Source of the DNA: Octopus vulgaris
Taxonomy: Eukaryota
DNA length: 64,000 nucleotides
Assembly (NCBI GenBank): GCA_951406725.2
Contig: OX597819.1
Coordinates: 16,864,001-16,928,000 of the forward strand
Direction of reading: 5' to 3'
Shown: positions 1 through 16,226 of the stretch, piece after piece
Layout: every line of letters begins with the position of its first letter
Position numbering within the stretch: the first letter of the stretch is position 1
Program-made: the position numbers and the translations under genes
Notes under the pieces: generated by a model
Told to the model about the DNA's origin: nothing
What the model saw: only the letters and a program-made list of their open reading frames with translations
The model's database searches: none

Positions 1-155
1 CTAAGATACAAGAAAACATGGTCTCAGGAAAACACAAGAAAAAGTATTCAAATACCTGTGCATATAAGCACGCGTGTACGCTTATATACATCCACGAACG
101 TACACAGAAACACGTGTGTGTGTATGTGTGTGTTGTGGCGAATTGTATGTGTATA

Positions 156-227
<72 letters not shown>

Positions 228-231
<4 letters not shown>

Positions 232-338
232 CCTGCTCGCTTAGCCAGCGGGGTGGCGTCATTTTAAGGCTGAATCAATGCGAAGCGCATTGTGACCAGC
301 GATGTGTAGCAACATATGATAGCTGGTCAGTCACGGTG

Positions 339-339
<1 letters not shown>
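228..339 (+). mobile_element. ~115-bp (TA)n-embedded repeat, copy 1
   Basis: TTGGCCTGCTCGCTTAGCCAG...TGTGACCAGCGATGTGTAGCA...GGTGA; closely similar to 6023-6147. Confidence 0.8.
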
Positions 340-370
<31 letters not shown>

Positions 371-739
371 GTAAGAGATTTTTGTAGCATCCGTTCTGGC
401 ACTTTGAGTTGTGAGTTCAAGTAGCAACTCGGCTCCTTTAAAATGGTACTCTCATCGCTGTAACATGGACACCACTAAATACATGGTCCTCAGCTATATC
501 GAGTGAGGATTTCCTCCTGTGGGAGCAACCGGAAACTCAGTGATGGGCGCGTGTGTAGATGGATTCATGTGTGTGTGTATGTGCGTGTGTGTCCGAGTGC
601 GTGTAGGTATGTATGTTGGTGAGTGTGTGTATGTGCATGTAAAAATATGCATATATAGGTTTGTAAACATATTGTTGATGTGTATATATGTATAAATATA
701 CATACATTACACACCCACACACAAATACATACATACAGG

Positions 740-895
740 CATATATATATATATGTATATATATGTATGTGTATCTATATATATGTATATATATGTATGT
801 GTATATATATATATATGTGTATATATGTGTATATATATATATATATGTATATATATGTGTATATATGTATTTATATATGTGTATATATATGTGTG

Positions 896-927
<32 letters not shown>

Positions 928-1106
928 CATGTAAATATATATGTATATATATATATGTATGTATATATATATATATGTATATATATATGAATGTATATAT
1001 ATATGTATGTATATATATATATGTGTGTATATATATGTGTGTGTATATATATATGTATATACATATATGTACATGTATATATGTATATATGTACATGTAT
1101 ATATAC

Positions 1107-1149
<43 letters not shown>

Positions 1150-1391
1150 CATGTGTATATATATGTGTATATATATATATATGTATACATATATGTATAT
1201 ATGTATATATATATATATATATATGTGCATATATATATGTATATATATGTATATATATATATGTATATATATATGTATATATATATGTATGTATGTATAT
1301 ATGTATATATGTATGTATATATGTATATATATATGTATATATATATGTATATATATATATTATATATATGTGCATATACAGCATATATATA

Positions 1392-1460
<69 letters not shown>
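740..1460. repeat. Compound (TA)n/(TATG)n microsatellite; similar arrays at 5380-5720, 13600-13970, 39445-39995 and many others
   Basis: Read directly from the sequence. Confidence 0.97.
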
Positions 1461-1462
<2 letters not shown>

Positions 1463-1613
1463 TGTTTATGTGTGTGAATTTTCAGTAGGTTAGAATATAG
1501 GCGGTGTGTGTTTGTACAGTTTGTGTGTGTGTCAGAGAATGTTTGTAAAAGACGAAAATGCGATATTACGTTTGCAGGTCTGTGTCTTACTGTCTTACGC
1601 ATATACAATCATG

Positions 1614-1747
<134 letters not shown>

Positions 1748-2809
1748 GCTGGGAACATTGGTTAATAAAATTAGTAAGGTACATTCATTTAAAGTATTTG
1801 CTCTAAGAATGGAATTATAAGAGGATCCTTCATTTGTGTATCCGTATCCATGTTTACGCTCCTTGCTTTATATAACACCGAGTCTGGAACTGATAGTACA
1901 TCATCTCTCTCTCTCTCTATACACACACACACACGTACACACACACAAACCTGTATGCGGGTGTGTGTTTGTGTGTGGTATATTGATGGTAGATTTGGGA
2001 AATTTACTGTATGAATCAAGCTGCAAAGAATTAATACTATTTTATGAAGAAAAGGAACTTTAATAGAAATGTGCTTTTGTTTTTTAATATATAATTACAT
2101 TCGTTGAAATCAAGATCGCTGTTCCTCATATATAGAAATGTATATATGTGTTAGTGTGTGAATGTACGCACACATATACGTAGTTTATATATAGTGTTAA
2201 GTAGCTCTATCAGTAAGTACATAGGTTTTGGTGAAATTCATAACAGTCATGTGTAAGACACCCACAACCACAGACACACCCACCCACATACAGAAATGTA
2301 CATCTATTTGTATGTATATGCATATATGTGTGTGTGTGTGATTGTGTGTGTGTGTGCAGGTGTTTGTTTTTGTGTGCCTGTGTGTACATCGATATATATA
2401 TATATATATATTTATAAACACGGTGAGATGCGGTGGCCTGCATGAGCCGGCACATATAGATTGACATAATGATAGATAGGCAGACGAAGAAAAAGCTAGA
2501 CGAGAAATTACAATATATAACAAGAAAGATTTAGTGGGAAAGTTATAAATATTCATTCTTTCATTCACACGAAAATAACGGAAATGAAAATGTCTATCTT
2601 GATCCTCATAGTCTTGAAACGAACATGAATAGAATGCATAAATAAATACATAAATAAATAAATAAATAAAAATGTCCCTCGTAAGAAAAATTCCTCTGTT
2701 CTTCCCACGTGAAACAATGAAAACTAGAATGTTAACAGTATAAGCAGGACATCAGTTGTAATATTATCAATAGTAATAGTAGTGGTAGTAGCATCAGCAT
2801 AAAGCCAGC

Positions 2810-3175
2810 AACGTTTTAGGGGTGGCGGCCAGCCGATTACATCGAATAGAGTATTTGACTGGTACTTATTTTATCGATTCCGGAAGTCGCCTTCGGTGGA
2901 ATTTGAACCTAGAACTTAAAGAGTCAGAAGACATGCTGCTAAGCATTTTTGTTCGACGCACTAACGATTTTGCGAACTCACCACCTTAATAATAACAATC
3001 TTTGACATTTTGGAGGGCGCGGGGTAATTCAATTACATCGACCCCATTACTCAACTGGTACTTATTTTATCGACCTCGGAGAAATTCGAACTCAGAGCGT
3101 AAAGAGCCGGAAGAAATACCACCAAGCATTTTCTCAGGCATGCTAATTAATGGTTCTGCCGTCTCGCAGCCTAAA
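2810..3175 (-). mobile_element. Two tandem older SINE family 1 copies in Musashi intron 2
   Basis: Each has CTGGTACTTATTTTATCGA...TTTGAAC/TTCGAAC...AAGCATTT...; boundary near 2990. Confidence 0.75.
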
Positions 3176-3267
3176 TAATAATAATGATAATGACAACAAC
3201 AACAACAGCAACAACAATAATAATAATAATGATAATAATGATGATGATGTTGACGATGATGATGATG

Positions 3268-3321
<54 letters not shown>

Positions 3322-3328
3322 TACATAC

Positions 3329-3369
3329 CTCCAGTTGTTTGCCAACTTAGTCCTCCTATGAACATTTTC
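3329..3369 (-). CDS. msi: Musashi-family RNA-binding protein, coding exon 2 (41 bp; RNP2 of RRM1, KMFIGGLSWQTTG)
   Basis: Polypyrimidine tract...ctccag|G AAA ATG TTC ATA GGA GGA CTA AGT TGG CAA ACA ACT GGA G|gtatgt. KMFIGGLSWQT is characteristic of Musashi (related hnRNP A/B, hnRNP D and DAZAP1 usually have LSWD/LSWE). Confidence 0.93.
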
Positions 3370-3639
3370 CTGGAGACATCAATGGAGCACAAAAAGAAGA
3401 AAGAAAAAATAAGTGATATACTGTGTATTTTATAAACATAAGATAAACGTATGTATGTATGTATGTATGTATGTATGTATGTATGTATGTATGTATGTAT
3501 GTATGTATGTATGTATGTATGTATGTATGTATGTATGTATGTATGTACGTACGTATGTATGGATGGATGAATAGATGGATGGATGCAAGCATGCATGGAT
3601 GGACGTATGCATGCAAGCATACATGCATGCATGAGTGTG

Positions 3640-3803
3640 TACATTTTTTTCATTGTCTCTCTCTCTATTTCCTCTAATTCCTTTCTGTCAAAGTGCGTAG
3701 GCTCGAAACGTACAAGACTTTTCCATTTTTCCCGAGCGTCAAACTAATACACTAGATTGTTGTTCCTACACCTGTCTACCTGTTTCATTTTTCTATAAAT
3801 TTC

Positions 3804-3806
<3 letters not shown>
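3640..3806 (+). mobile_element. Short (TA)n-ended repeat family A, copy 1 (degenerate hammerhead-like fold)
   Basis: Shares ...GCGTAGGCTCGAAACGTA...AAACTAATAC...CACCTGTCT...(TA)n with the copies at 28.7 and 40.7 kb. Confidence 0.65.
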
Positions 3807-3858
<52 letters not shown>

Positions 3859-3959
3859 CATAAAATATTTTAAATATAAGTATATATATATATGTGAAAT
3901 ATTATATATATATGTGAACTATATATGTATACATATATATATATATGAAATATTATTAT

Positions 3960-4037
<78 letters not shown>

Positions 4038-4056
4038 GAAATTTTAAATATTTCTA

Positions 4057-4159
<103 letters not shown>

Positions 4160-4367
4160 TATATATATATGTGAAATACATATCTATATGCATAAAACAT
4201 ATATTTATTATATTTCTTTTCATATTATATCTATATGATAAATGTACACATGTAGAAAAATGTGTGTGGGAGAGAGTGGGTGTACTTTACGATTTCGATC
4301 ACAGTTACACATAGACAGTTATGTACCTAGATACATTGAAATATACATACGTACATACGTACACTCA

Positions 4368-4403
<36 letters not shown>

Positions 4404-4535
4404 TATATATACATGCATACATATATGTATATATATACGCATATATATACATATATATGCATATAAATATGCATGTATATATATATATGCATGTATATAT
4501 ACATGTATACATATATATATATATATATATATATG

Positions 4536-4573
<38 letters not shown>

Positions 4574-4612
4574 TTAATTATATTTATATACATGCTTAAT
4601 TATATATGTATA

Positions 4613-4648
<36 letters not shown>

Positions 4649-4665
4649 TTATATATATAAATATA

Positions 4666-4719
4666 TTGACCAAAGCCTTGGGAGTGAATTTGGTAGACAG
4701 AAGCTGAAAGCAGTCCGTC

Positions 4720-4782
<63 letters not shown>

Positions 4783-4977
4783 TATATACCATCCACCATC
4801 ACTTGGCAACCAATGTTGGTGTGTTTACGTCCCCGTAATCTAGTGGATCTGCGAAAGAGACCGATAGAATAAGTAGTAGGCTTACATGGAATAAGCTCTG
4901 GGGTCGATTTGTTCGACTAAAAGGTAGTGCTCTAGCATGGCCGTAGTCAAATGACCGGGTCAAATAAGAGAATAAAA
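4666..4977 (+). mobile_element. tRNA-SINE family 2 (internal microsatellite), 5'-truncated
   Basis: GACCAAAGCCTTG...GGTAGAC.GAA.CTGAAAG-(TA)n-...GACCGATAGAATAAGTA...GGGGTCGATTTG, shared with the other copies. Confidence 0.8.
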
Positions 4978-5009
4978 GGATATGTATAAAAATTTTGGGG
5001 GTTTTTTTT

Positions 5010-5370
5010 TCCTTATACTATTCTGTCTTGGACTGCAGCCACGATACCCGCTAGCCTTTTAAAAAATTTAGTGGAACGAATCAACAACCTTGTACTTACT
5101 TTCTTCAAAAACCTGTTACTTATTCTATTGGACGCCTAATTTACGGGAACGTAAACAAGGGAACACCTTTTCAAGTGATGGTCACACACACACACACACA
5201 CACACACGTATCTATATATACATTTCTTCTAGTTTCCGTCTACCCACTCACAAACCTTTGTTCGGCTCGGAGCAATGATAGGAGACGCTTGCTCAAAGTG
5301 CCGATGACTGGGACTGAGCCCAGAAACGTGTGGTTGGTCAGCGGACGTCTTATTGCACAGCATCGACTGC
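5010..5370 (-). mobile_element. tRNA-SINE family 2, decayed
   Basis: AGTTTCCGTCTACC..CTCACAA..CTTTG.TCGGC and GGGACTGA.CCC match the reverse complement of family 2. Confidence 0.7.
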
Positions 5371-5412
5371 GTATATGACAAACATACATACATACATACA
5401 TACATACACTAC

Positions 5413-5549
<137 letters not shown>

Positions 5550-5599
5550 TACATATATGTACCTATATATATATTGGTACATATATGTATACATATATG

Positions 5600-5724
<125 letters not shown>

Positions 5725-5948
5725 TCATATTCATAATACATGCATGTATATATATATATATTTATTGCTGTCTATATATATTCAATTGTATCTATCTATC
5801 TGTCTATTTATCTAACTATACATACATACATATATGCGCGAACACACACATACATATGCCTATGTAAATATATACACAATTATACATACATAGATGCAAC
5901 CTTACGTATGTATATAAATACATATATATATATACGCATGTATATATA

Positions 5949-6022
<74 letters not shown>

Positions 6023-6026
<4 letters not shown>

Positions 6027-6147
6027 CCTGCTCGCTTAGCCAGTGGGGTGGCGTCACTTGAAGGCTAAAACAATGCAAAGTGCATTGTGACCAGCGATGT
6101 GTAGCATCATCTGATAGCCTGGTCGGTCATGGTGGTGGTGATGGTGA
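6023..6147 (+). mobile_element. ~115-bp (TA)n-embedded repeat, copy 2
   Basis: Same 5' start and body as 228-339, with (TA)n on both sides. Confidence 0.8.
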
Positions 6148-6218
6148 TATATATATATATACATAAGTATACATATATATATATATATACACATACAGTA
6201 TACATATACATTATATAT

Positions 6219-6268
<50 letters not shown>

Positions 6269-6432
6269 ACGTGTGTGAGTATAGATACATAGGCAGATAA
6301 ATAGATAGATTTATATATATATGTGTTTGTATTTATTTATTTATATATGTATCTTCCTATCTGTCTTCCAGTCTGTTTTTACATGCGCTCATCACACTTA
6401 TGCACATTATATATACGTGTTCTCACATGTAT

Positions 6433-6514
<82 letters not shown>

Positions 6515-6799
6515 ATGTATATATAAGTATGTATATACGTACACATACATACAAATAGAATAAATGGGAAATACTGGCACGTGTACCGTGTGAACGTGTA
6601 ATCTTATGTTGGTAACGTATAGAATTAAGCTGTTCACATACATACCTACATACATACATTAACAAAATATAAATCATGCCAGCAACAGTGAAATAACTGT
6701 ATGTTTATGTGTAAATGGGAGATCTTGTGTACAAGACGTATAGTATTTACGTGTATTACGATACACACACATACATTCTCAGGGAGAGAGAAAGAGAGA

Positions 6800-6833
<34 letters not shown>

Positions 6834-7218
6834 TTTGTAATTATATATATAATGGTGAACTGTCAACAACCTGCCAAGAGCTCACTAGGTGGGCATTATG
6901 AGAAGTAACGACAGTGATGCTGACTCTAGAAATCCCTTATTTTGAATAAGCTGACCTACTGCACACAACTTTGGACTAGAAACCTACCTCTTATGAAGAA
7001 AGTGCAGTAGCGTCCCCATCCCCTCAAAAAAAAAAAAAAAGGTATGTGAGAGAACTTTACTGGGAGCGAGTCCCTCTGTATTATGTATCTATTCTTTCAA
7101 AAAGTATATTAGAGTAGTCATAGGCATGTGGAAAGATGACATCAGAGATATATAGAATATTATTACTCAGTAAGAGTACTTTCACTGTTCAAAATAGGGC
7201 CTTGGCTACGATGGCTGC

Positions 7219-7258
<40 letters not shown>

Positions 7259-7291
7259 ATCATACACGTATACATCAGTGTGTGCGTGCGC

Positions 7292-7371
<80 letters not shown>

Positions 7372-7657
7372 GTATATATATATATATACATACATAGAGA
7401 TAGATATACATACATAGAGATAGATATACAAACACGTGTGTGTATCTAATACAGCTAGAGACGTGTGTGTGTGTGTATGTATTGTGAATATACCAATGTT
7501 TGTGTGTGTGTGTGTGTGTGTGTGCATGCTCCTCTCAGTCTGTTTGTCTATGTATGTGTGTGTTTGTCTATTTTTAATATGTGTATCAATTTCAATAATA
7601 TCAAACTAAATTATATGAGATTATGTATGTTAAATGTAAATATCATTAAGTATAACC

Positions 7658-7711
<54 letters not shown>

Positions 7712-7788
7712 TATATACATCATGTGTATGTGTGTGTATATTACATGGTGTGTGAATATATATATTATGATACATAGACACACACACA

Positions 7789-7819
<31 letters not shown>

Positions 7820-8533
7820 TCTCTCTCTCTCTCTCACACACACACACGTGTGTATATATGTATGTACGTAGTCGCATACACACACAGAAATATACATCTA
7901 CACGTTTATGCATGTATGTGTGAATGCATGTGACCCGATAAAATTAGTAATACTAAATAGTTATTTAAACGGTACGAGTGTGTGTGTGTGTGTGTATGAA
8001 TATATATACATTCGATAAGGGTTTAAAATTCGAAACTAGGTCCGGGTGGATAGTAATCTTCCTCCCTCTCCCGCCAGGCACCGACGCCGCGGGTCCCCCT
8101 GCCACATACACACACACAAAGACCAATGCATTGATGAGTATTAAAAGTTTCGCATCTCTATCACCAGGGCCCAGGATTGTTTTGTCTTCGTGACATCTTC
8201 GGTAAATTTGATTTTTTATAACCTCGGGCCGACACACCCAAGGCATATCAGTGAAATTAGATTTCAAGTAGAAGGTGGTGAGTTGGAGCGTACCTGTTAT
8301 TCAAAGGTACAGTCTTTTCATCTACTGTGACACGCTATTTCCACCAGATGATTAGATGAATACACGTGTCTGTGAAATACTCAGTCACTTTGCACGCTGC
8401 TAATTCAGTGAACAAATCGTTCAATTAGTTGGCCGAAAAACAGAGTGCTCATGGGGCGAAATCGATAGGATACTCCATCAAACTAACACAAATCCACCCA
8501 TCTCTACATACATCTACGTGTCGATTTTTCCAT

Positions 8534-8806
<273 letters not shown>

Positions 8807-9292
8807 CATACCTACCTACCTACCTACCTGCCTGTCTATTCATCTATCTATACGAATCGCATCCGTATGAGCACAGACGATATATGCATGAGTACAAAAC
8901 TGGGTATCTAGTATGTGTGACCGAATCATTAAAGTTTATAAATATATACTGTACAGGATCTATAGAGTGCTTCCTCTCTTCTTGTGTACACAACGCGAAA
9001 AACAGTGTAATGACAGCGAAAAGTCGCAGCCTTAATTCTTGAAATGTATGTATGTATGTATGTATGTATGTATGTCATATTTCTTTTCAATTTCCTCGTC
9101 TCTCTCCAAACATCTAACAAGGTGGACGTAACCAACGCCCACGAAATTTTAAATAGTATAGAGAAACACTGCTGTTAAATACATGTAACTCCAGCCAAAC
9201 GGGCTAAGTGTTTCTTTCGTTTGTTCTCTCGTATTTACACACACACACTTGTACACACACACACATACATGTATGTACACACGCATGCGCAT

Positions 9293-9337
<45 letters not shown>

Positions 9338-9779
9338 CATGTATCACTGTCAGTGAGTATAAATGTATACTCAATAAAGTCGCCTATGTTTTACTATAAC
9401 GAGTGTGCAATTGCGTGTGTGTTGTCCCATCAGAAAAACACGAGTGTACAACATTCACAGGCTTACATACACGTACATAGACATGCGTGTGCGCGTACAC
9501 ATATTCAACCACCCACTTCTACACAGATATTTCCTTCCCATTGAACACTCACCCATATATAAATTATATATAAATACGCATAAGCCACGTAAAATGCATA
9601 CATCACACATGTGTACACGACACACACACACACACAGACACACACGCACACACACACACGCACAGACACACACGCACAGACACACACGCACAGACACACG
9701 CACACATATATATTACACCCGCTTACAAAGTGCACGCGCGATTGTACCTATAGTTAGTCTTATCAACATGGTACTTTAT

Positions 9780-9818
<39 letters not shown>

Positions 9819-10369
9819 AGATACACAGGTATAAAGACGTATATGTACACATATATATGTGCGTGTGTGTGTGTGTGTGTGTGTGTTTGTATGAGCACCC
9901 CGCTTACAGACACGTATATTTATATATATACACGTTTCCAGGTATGTATATATAAAACGACGGAATTTATTTTACAATCCAATTTACCACCCTGCTTCCA
10001 CAACCTACCCGTACCGGTATTATAAGCCTTCCCCTACCTCGTCAGTCACCATCCTGCACGAATACCCTACCACCCACAGAACCCCCCCCCCCCTAAGCTC
10101 CACCACCACCACCACCACCTTTTACACCGCCAGCAAAACCACCACCACCACCACTACCAGCAGCAGCAGCAACAGCAGCAGCAGCAGTAGTAGCAACAGT
10201 AGCAACCGAAGCAGCAGCAACACCAGCAGTAGCAGCTGATACATCGTAAGAGGAATAAACACATGCTAATTCATCTGAATGAAGATTTCACAATCAGTGC
10301 AACTCTCACTCACACATCATATAATATATGCATACACATTCTTTGTGCATCTTACTGTTTGTTCTCTCT

Positions 10370-10430
<61 letters not shown>

Positions 10431-10602
10431 ACGCGCGCACACACATGCTTATTACCATCTCATTTCTCTCTCTTTCAGATATATACTATATTATACACCC
10501 ATTTTAAATAAACACACACACACACACACATACACACACGCACCAGCATATATTTCGCTCACGCGCAAACACGTGCATACGTATACATTCATACTTATAC
10601 AA

Positions 10603-10649
<47 letters not shown>

Positions 10650-11601
10650 ATATCTATCTATCTATCAATCTGCATACACCTACCCTCGCTAAAACGTGTG
10701 TGCACGCAGCTACATGCTAGTCCCTTGCACGTAAAGCATGGCTATCCCGTCTCAATACAGAAGAATATTAACGCACTCTCTCTGACATTTTTTATCCTTC
10801 TTTCTCTCTCTCTCTCTCTCTCTATCTACCTATACATTTATTGCTCTACCTACACACACACACACACACGCGCACACACACACACATGGTGTGTGTGTGC
10901 ATGTAAGTGTGTGTGTTTGTATGTGTGTATTAGGATATAGAAATCTCACTTATAGTGGAGGCTCAAAAACGTGCGACAAATTGCAGAGCGAGATAGAGAG
11001 AGAGAGACACAGGAGAGGGAGAGAGGTAAAGAAAGATAAAGAAAAAGAGAGGTAGGGGCGAATAGCCGTCCAATTCCATCCAACGTTTAAATAACGAACA
11101 AGATGAATAACTCAATGTACATCTTGCTACTTATTCCCATCTTACACACTCCCTCTATCAGTCTCTGCCTCTGTGTCTTTCTGTGTGTCTGTCTATCTTT
11201 CTCACACTGCGTCTGTCACACACTGTCGTCTGTCTGATCAACAGTCACCACATTTAAGCCAACTTTCTCTTGCAGTTATTATTGTTGTTGTTATACATTA
11301 TTTGACACATTGTCATTCAGTCAGGCTGTCTCCGTCTGTCATTCCATCTTTAAATACGGGTGTGTCTGAAGATAAGCCGAGATGAAGAAGACCACAAGTC
11401 ACTGTTTGTCTTCCTCACCTAAACAATCCGTCCACTAAACTACGTCGACGTTTATGTTTTAAACACGCGCACGCACACACACACACACACACAAACAATT
11501 AAGTGTGTGTATATATATATATATTCATAATTATTTTTACGTTTATATACAAATCCATACAAAATATAGGTATGCATCTCTGTATATATATACATGTATG
11601 A

Positions 11602-11727
<126 letters not shown>

Positions 11728-11804
11728 GACTGTCTATCTGTCTGTCTGTGCGTGTGTGTGTGAAAAGATGCGCACACATTATCTAAATATAATACTTATA
11801 TATG

Positions 11805-11915
<111 letters not shown>

Positions 11916-12071
11916 TACATATATATATATAAACGCATACACATTAACGTTTTGCCTTACGTATTTTAACCCCAATGTGGTCTATTTATGTTGGCTCTTG
12001 TGTTAAAACAAATATATGCTCATCATTCTAGGACAATTTATAACCTACCTACCTACCTACAAGTATGTCTG

Positions 12072-12168
<97 letters not shown>

Positions 12169-12340
12169 ATCTGTCTGCCTGCCTCCCTGTCTGTCTGTGT
12201 GTCAGCCTGTCAGTCTGTCTGTTGACGTGTGTGTGTGTGTTTATCTATCTTTCTGTCTACGTATATATCTATCTTCCTTTCCAGTTATCTCTGTCTTTCT
12301 CACATAACGCGTTGTGCCACTATATTTCTGTCTTCTTTTC

Positions 12341-12380
<40 letters not shown>

Positions 12381-13042
12381 TAATTATTCATTTCACTTCT
12401 CGTCATTTCTCACGCTTGTGGCGAATAAAGAATTATTATTATTATTATTGTTGGTGTGGTTGTTATCGTAGTCATCATCTACTACTATTAATAATAATAT
12501 TGTTAGTAGTAGTAATAGTAGCAGTAGTAGTGGTAATCGTTGTGGTGATGGTGGTGGTGGTAGTGGTGGCAGTTACAATCTGTGGTCATAGCCATTGTAA
12601 TTTCGCCAAAAGTCAATCGATGCCCTTGGAAGGGAAAAGCATAAAACCACAACATCACATATCCATTCGATATTAATTCCGTGATTTGGCACTTCGGTGA
12701 AGGAAATTATACATCATTATTGAAAGAATAAAAATAATTACTGTTATTACTATTATTATTATTATTATTATTATTGTTGTTGTTGTTGTTGTTGTTATTG
12801 TTATTGTTGTTGTTCTTTGTTTTAATGAGTCCATCTTTCTGGAAAAATATACACCTTTATTATTGTTAATGGTGCTGTGGCTATGGTAATATTTAACATA
12901 TTAATTATAAGCATTTTCGTTATTTCATTGGTGATTGTGAATTTTACAAAGGTAGTACACACACATACACATAAAATTATGTGTGCGCGTATATATATGT
13001 ATATACATACATACATACATACATACATACACACAACACACA

Positions 13043-13086
<44 letters not shown>

Positions 13087-13641
13087 CATACATACATACA
13101 TACATATACGTGTGTACGAGTATACGGTAATATATGTAGCACGTTATATATATACAATATATATACACGAATATGCAAGATTGTGTAGATCAATCTATAA
13201 TGTATATGCATATATCTATATTATTTATATATATATTATTCATATATGTATGTGTATGTAGGTATATGTATATATATATATATATATAAATATAAGTGTG
13301 TGTGTATATATATATATATTTTTCTGTGTGAATATATACATACATGTACGTATGTATATGTGTGTATGCTTACATGCGCACACACACTTATGTGGTGAGC
13401 ATCACATCAATGTACTACTGTCTATGTTGGTGTGTATAAACTCCATTCAGCACTGGGTATGCTGCGTATACTTTCGATATACCCTGTAATGGACTATCTA
13501 TCCGATAGATGTATAAAAGGTCCGATGAAAGCATTGACAGAATTTCCAGCGTATATACATACATGCAATCACACACACGCTCTCGCACTTATACGCACAC
13601 ACTCACACACATATATGTATATAAATATACATATATAAATG

Positions 13642-13735
<94 letters not shown>

Positions 13736-13905
13736 TATAATTGTATAATGTGTGTGTGTATATATATATATATGTGTGTGTGTATGTGGACTATATATAT
13801 ATATATACAGTTATGTATGTATGTGTGTGTATATATATACATACAAATATGTATGTATATATACATATATATATATATATACATATATGTATTATATACA
13901 TAAAT

Positions 13906-13943
<38 letters not shown>

Positions 13944-14107
13944 ACACACACACACACACATATATATATGCTAATCTTATATTTCTTGAATATTTTTTCC
14001 GGGTCGTTCTGTTTTCTTGATGTGTATTTGTGCGTGCGTTATATATCATATAGTAGTAGTGTTTATCATGTATTATTTCAGTGTGTGCGTGTAAAATTTC
14101 ACACACA

Positions 14108-14147
<40 letters not shown>

Positions 14148-14277
14148 ATCCAAAATGTGAAACTCGGAGTCGCACAAGTGAGATTATAGCCTCTATTAAA
14201 TATTACATTAGTACTCTATATTTCATATTTCATATTTCTCCTTTCCGTCGTGTAGTATGTCCGAATATGCATTCACT

Positions 14278-14313
<36 letters not shown>

Positions 14314-14609
14314 TGTGTATTTCTATGTCAATATGCCTCTTTGAGTGTATGTATGTATGTGTGTGTGTGTGGTATACGTGTTTGTCTGTTGACAAATCAA
14401 CACTGTCTTGACAAAGATAGAGGAAGAGAGACAGGCCTTGTTAGCAATAAAGTTCCCTTCCTTACCAAAACACTGAACACCGCTAACAACAAGCTATCCT
14501 GTATTATCGCTTCTGTCTTTCTCCTTCGGTGTGGTGCGTGTGTGCAATCTGTCTGTCTGTATGTCTGTCTGATGGTGTTTCTGTGTCCATCAGTGAGCCT
14601 GGTTAAGAA

Positions 14610-14873
<264 letters not shown>

Positions 14874-14944
14874 AACAAATATACAAAACGAATACACACG
14901 CTTATTGTACACATGTTTAAATATACACATTAAATATGAATGTA

Positions 14945-14988
<44 letters not shown>

Positions 14989-15850
14989 TGTGTGTGTGTA
15001 TACATGCACTTATATTTGTGAGATGTGTGTGTAACTGTGTATGAAGAACAATATGAAAAGGTGTTTATAGAAGCTTGTTTATGATCAAGAATTCATACAA
15101 TGACGTATGAGTGCGTGTATATATGTGGGCAAATATTATATATATAAATATATGTGTGTGTGTGTGTATGTGTGTGTGTGTATTATGTATACAAACTACA
15201 TGCATGTATATATACGTATGTATAACTGTGTAAATGAGTGTTGTAGAATGTAAAATCATTCTTCACGATGTGGCCCGTATAATATCTATCTTTCTAACAA
15301 TCTATCTGTCTGTCTATCTCTTTACATTTTCTCATATATCCAGTGTGTGTGTGTGTAAAATGTTTGTGTGCGTGTATATATATATGTGTAATCGTTTTCT
15401 TCTGTATATCGTCGTCTTGTTTTTCATGGGGTTTCTTCATCTTGCAGTTTATCCAATATTTCTGTCATCTATCACTTTCTCAACTCGTCTCGGCGATTTT
15501 GCTTCGTTCTCTTAATTATGGTCATTAATCGAGGCAGATATAAATAATTTTTACATATATGTTCTGCATCTATGTTTGATTTGTACCTATAATATCTGTA
15601 TATGAGTTCGTGTGTGTATGTGTCTCTCTCCTATATGTATAAAATGTCAAATTCTCTTTAAAAATCAGCTTTCGTTTCTTTCGTTTGTTGATTCAGAAAC
15701 GTATATTATACACAGATATACATACATACGTGCGTACATATATTCACACTCAAGCGCGTGCGCACACACATTCACCCACACAACAGAAGACAGAAAGGTA
15801 AAGAAAAAGGAAGACAAAAAGATACCTACATAACATTCATACATACGTAT

Positions 15851-15942
<92 letters not shown>

Positions 15943-16164
15943 GTATATATGCCAGAATCATAACAAACACCAAAGACCCACACACACAAAATATATTTTT
16001 TTTATATATATATCTATGAAATATTGTATTCCAAATATATGAACGAAAGGAAAAAGTTAGGAATAATGATAGTAATAATAAGGATGTTCGAGTATAAATG
16101 ATAATAATAATGATGTTTAGGATCCCTTTTTTTTTTTTTTTGAAAATCAACATTTTATACATAC

Positions 16165-16226
16165 CCCGGATCGTTGGGGATTTCGTCAGTTGAGTTTGTC
16201 TGTGGAGTTTGAGAGTCCATCTTCAT
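16165..16226 (-). CDS. msi: Musashi-family RNA-binding protein, coding exon 1 (MKMDSQTPQTNSTDEIPNDP + GG)
   Basis: Minus strand reads ATG AAG ATG GAC...AAC GAT CCG GG|gtatgt. Canonical donor, phase 2, joins exon 2 to give NDPG-KMFIGGLSWQT, matching the xDPGKMFIGGLSWQT start of Musashi RRM1. The second ATG (16218-16220) has the stronger Kozak context and may be the real start. Confidence 0.9.

Noticed and set aside
1789-2019. MKDP motif as possible Musashi exon 3
   Set aside because: Lacks the expected LxxYFxxFGE and KRSR context and splice signals; exon 3 is presumably outside the window.
3171-3653. 160-aa ORF containing KMFIGGLSWQTT as a whole gene
   Set aside because: Only 41 bp is exon; the rest is intronic microsatellite read-through.
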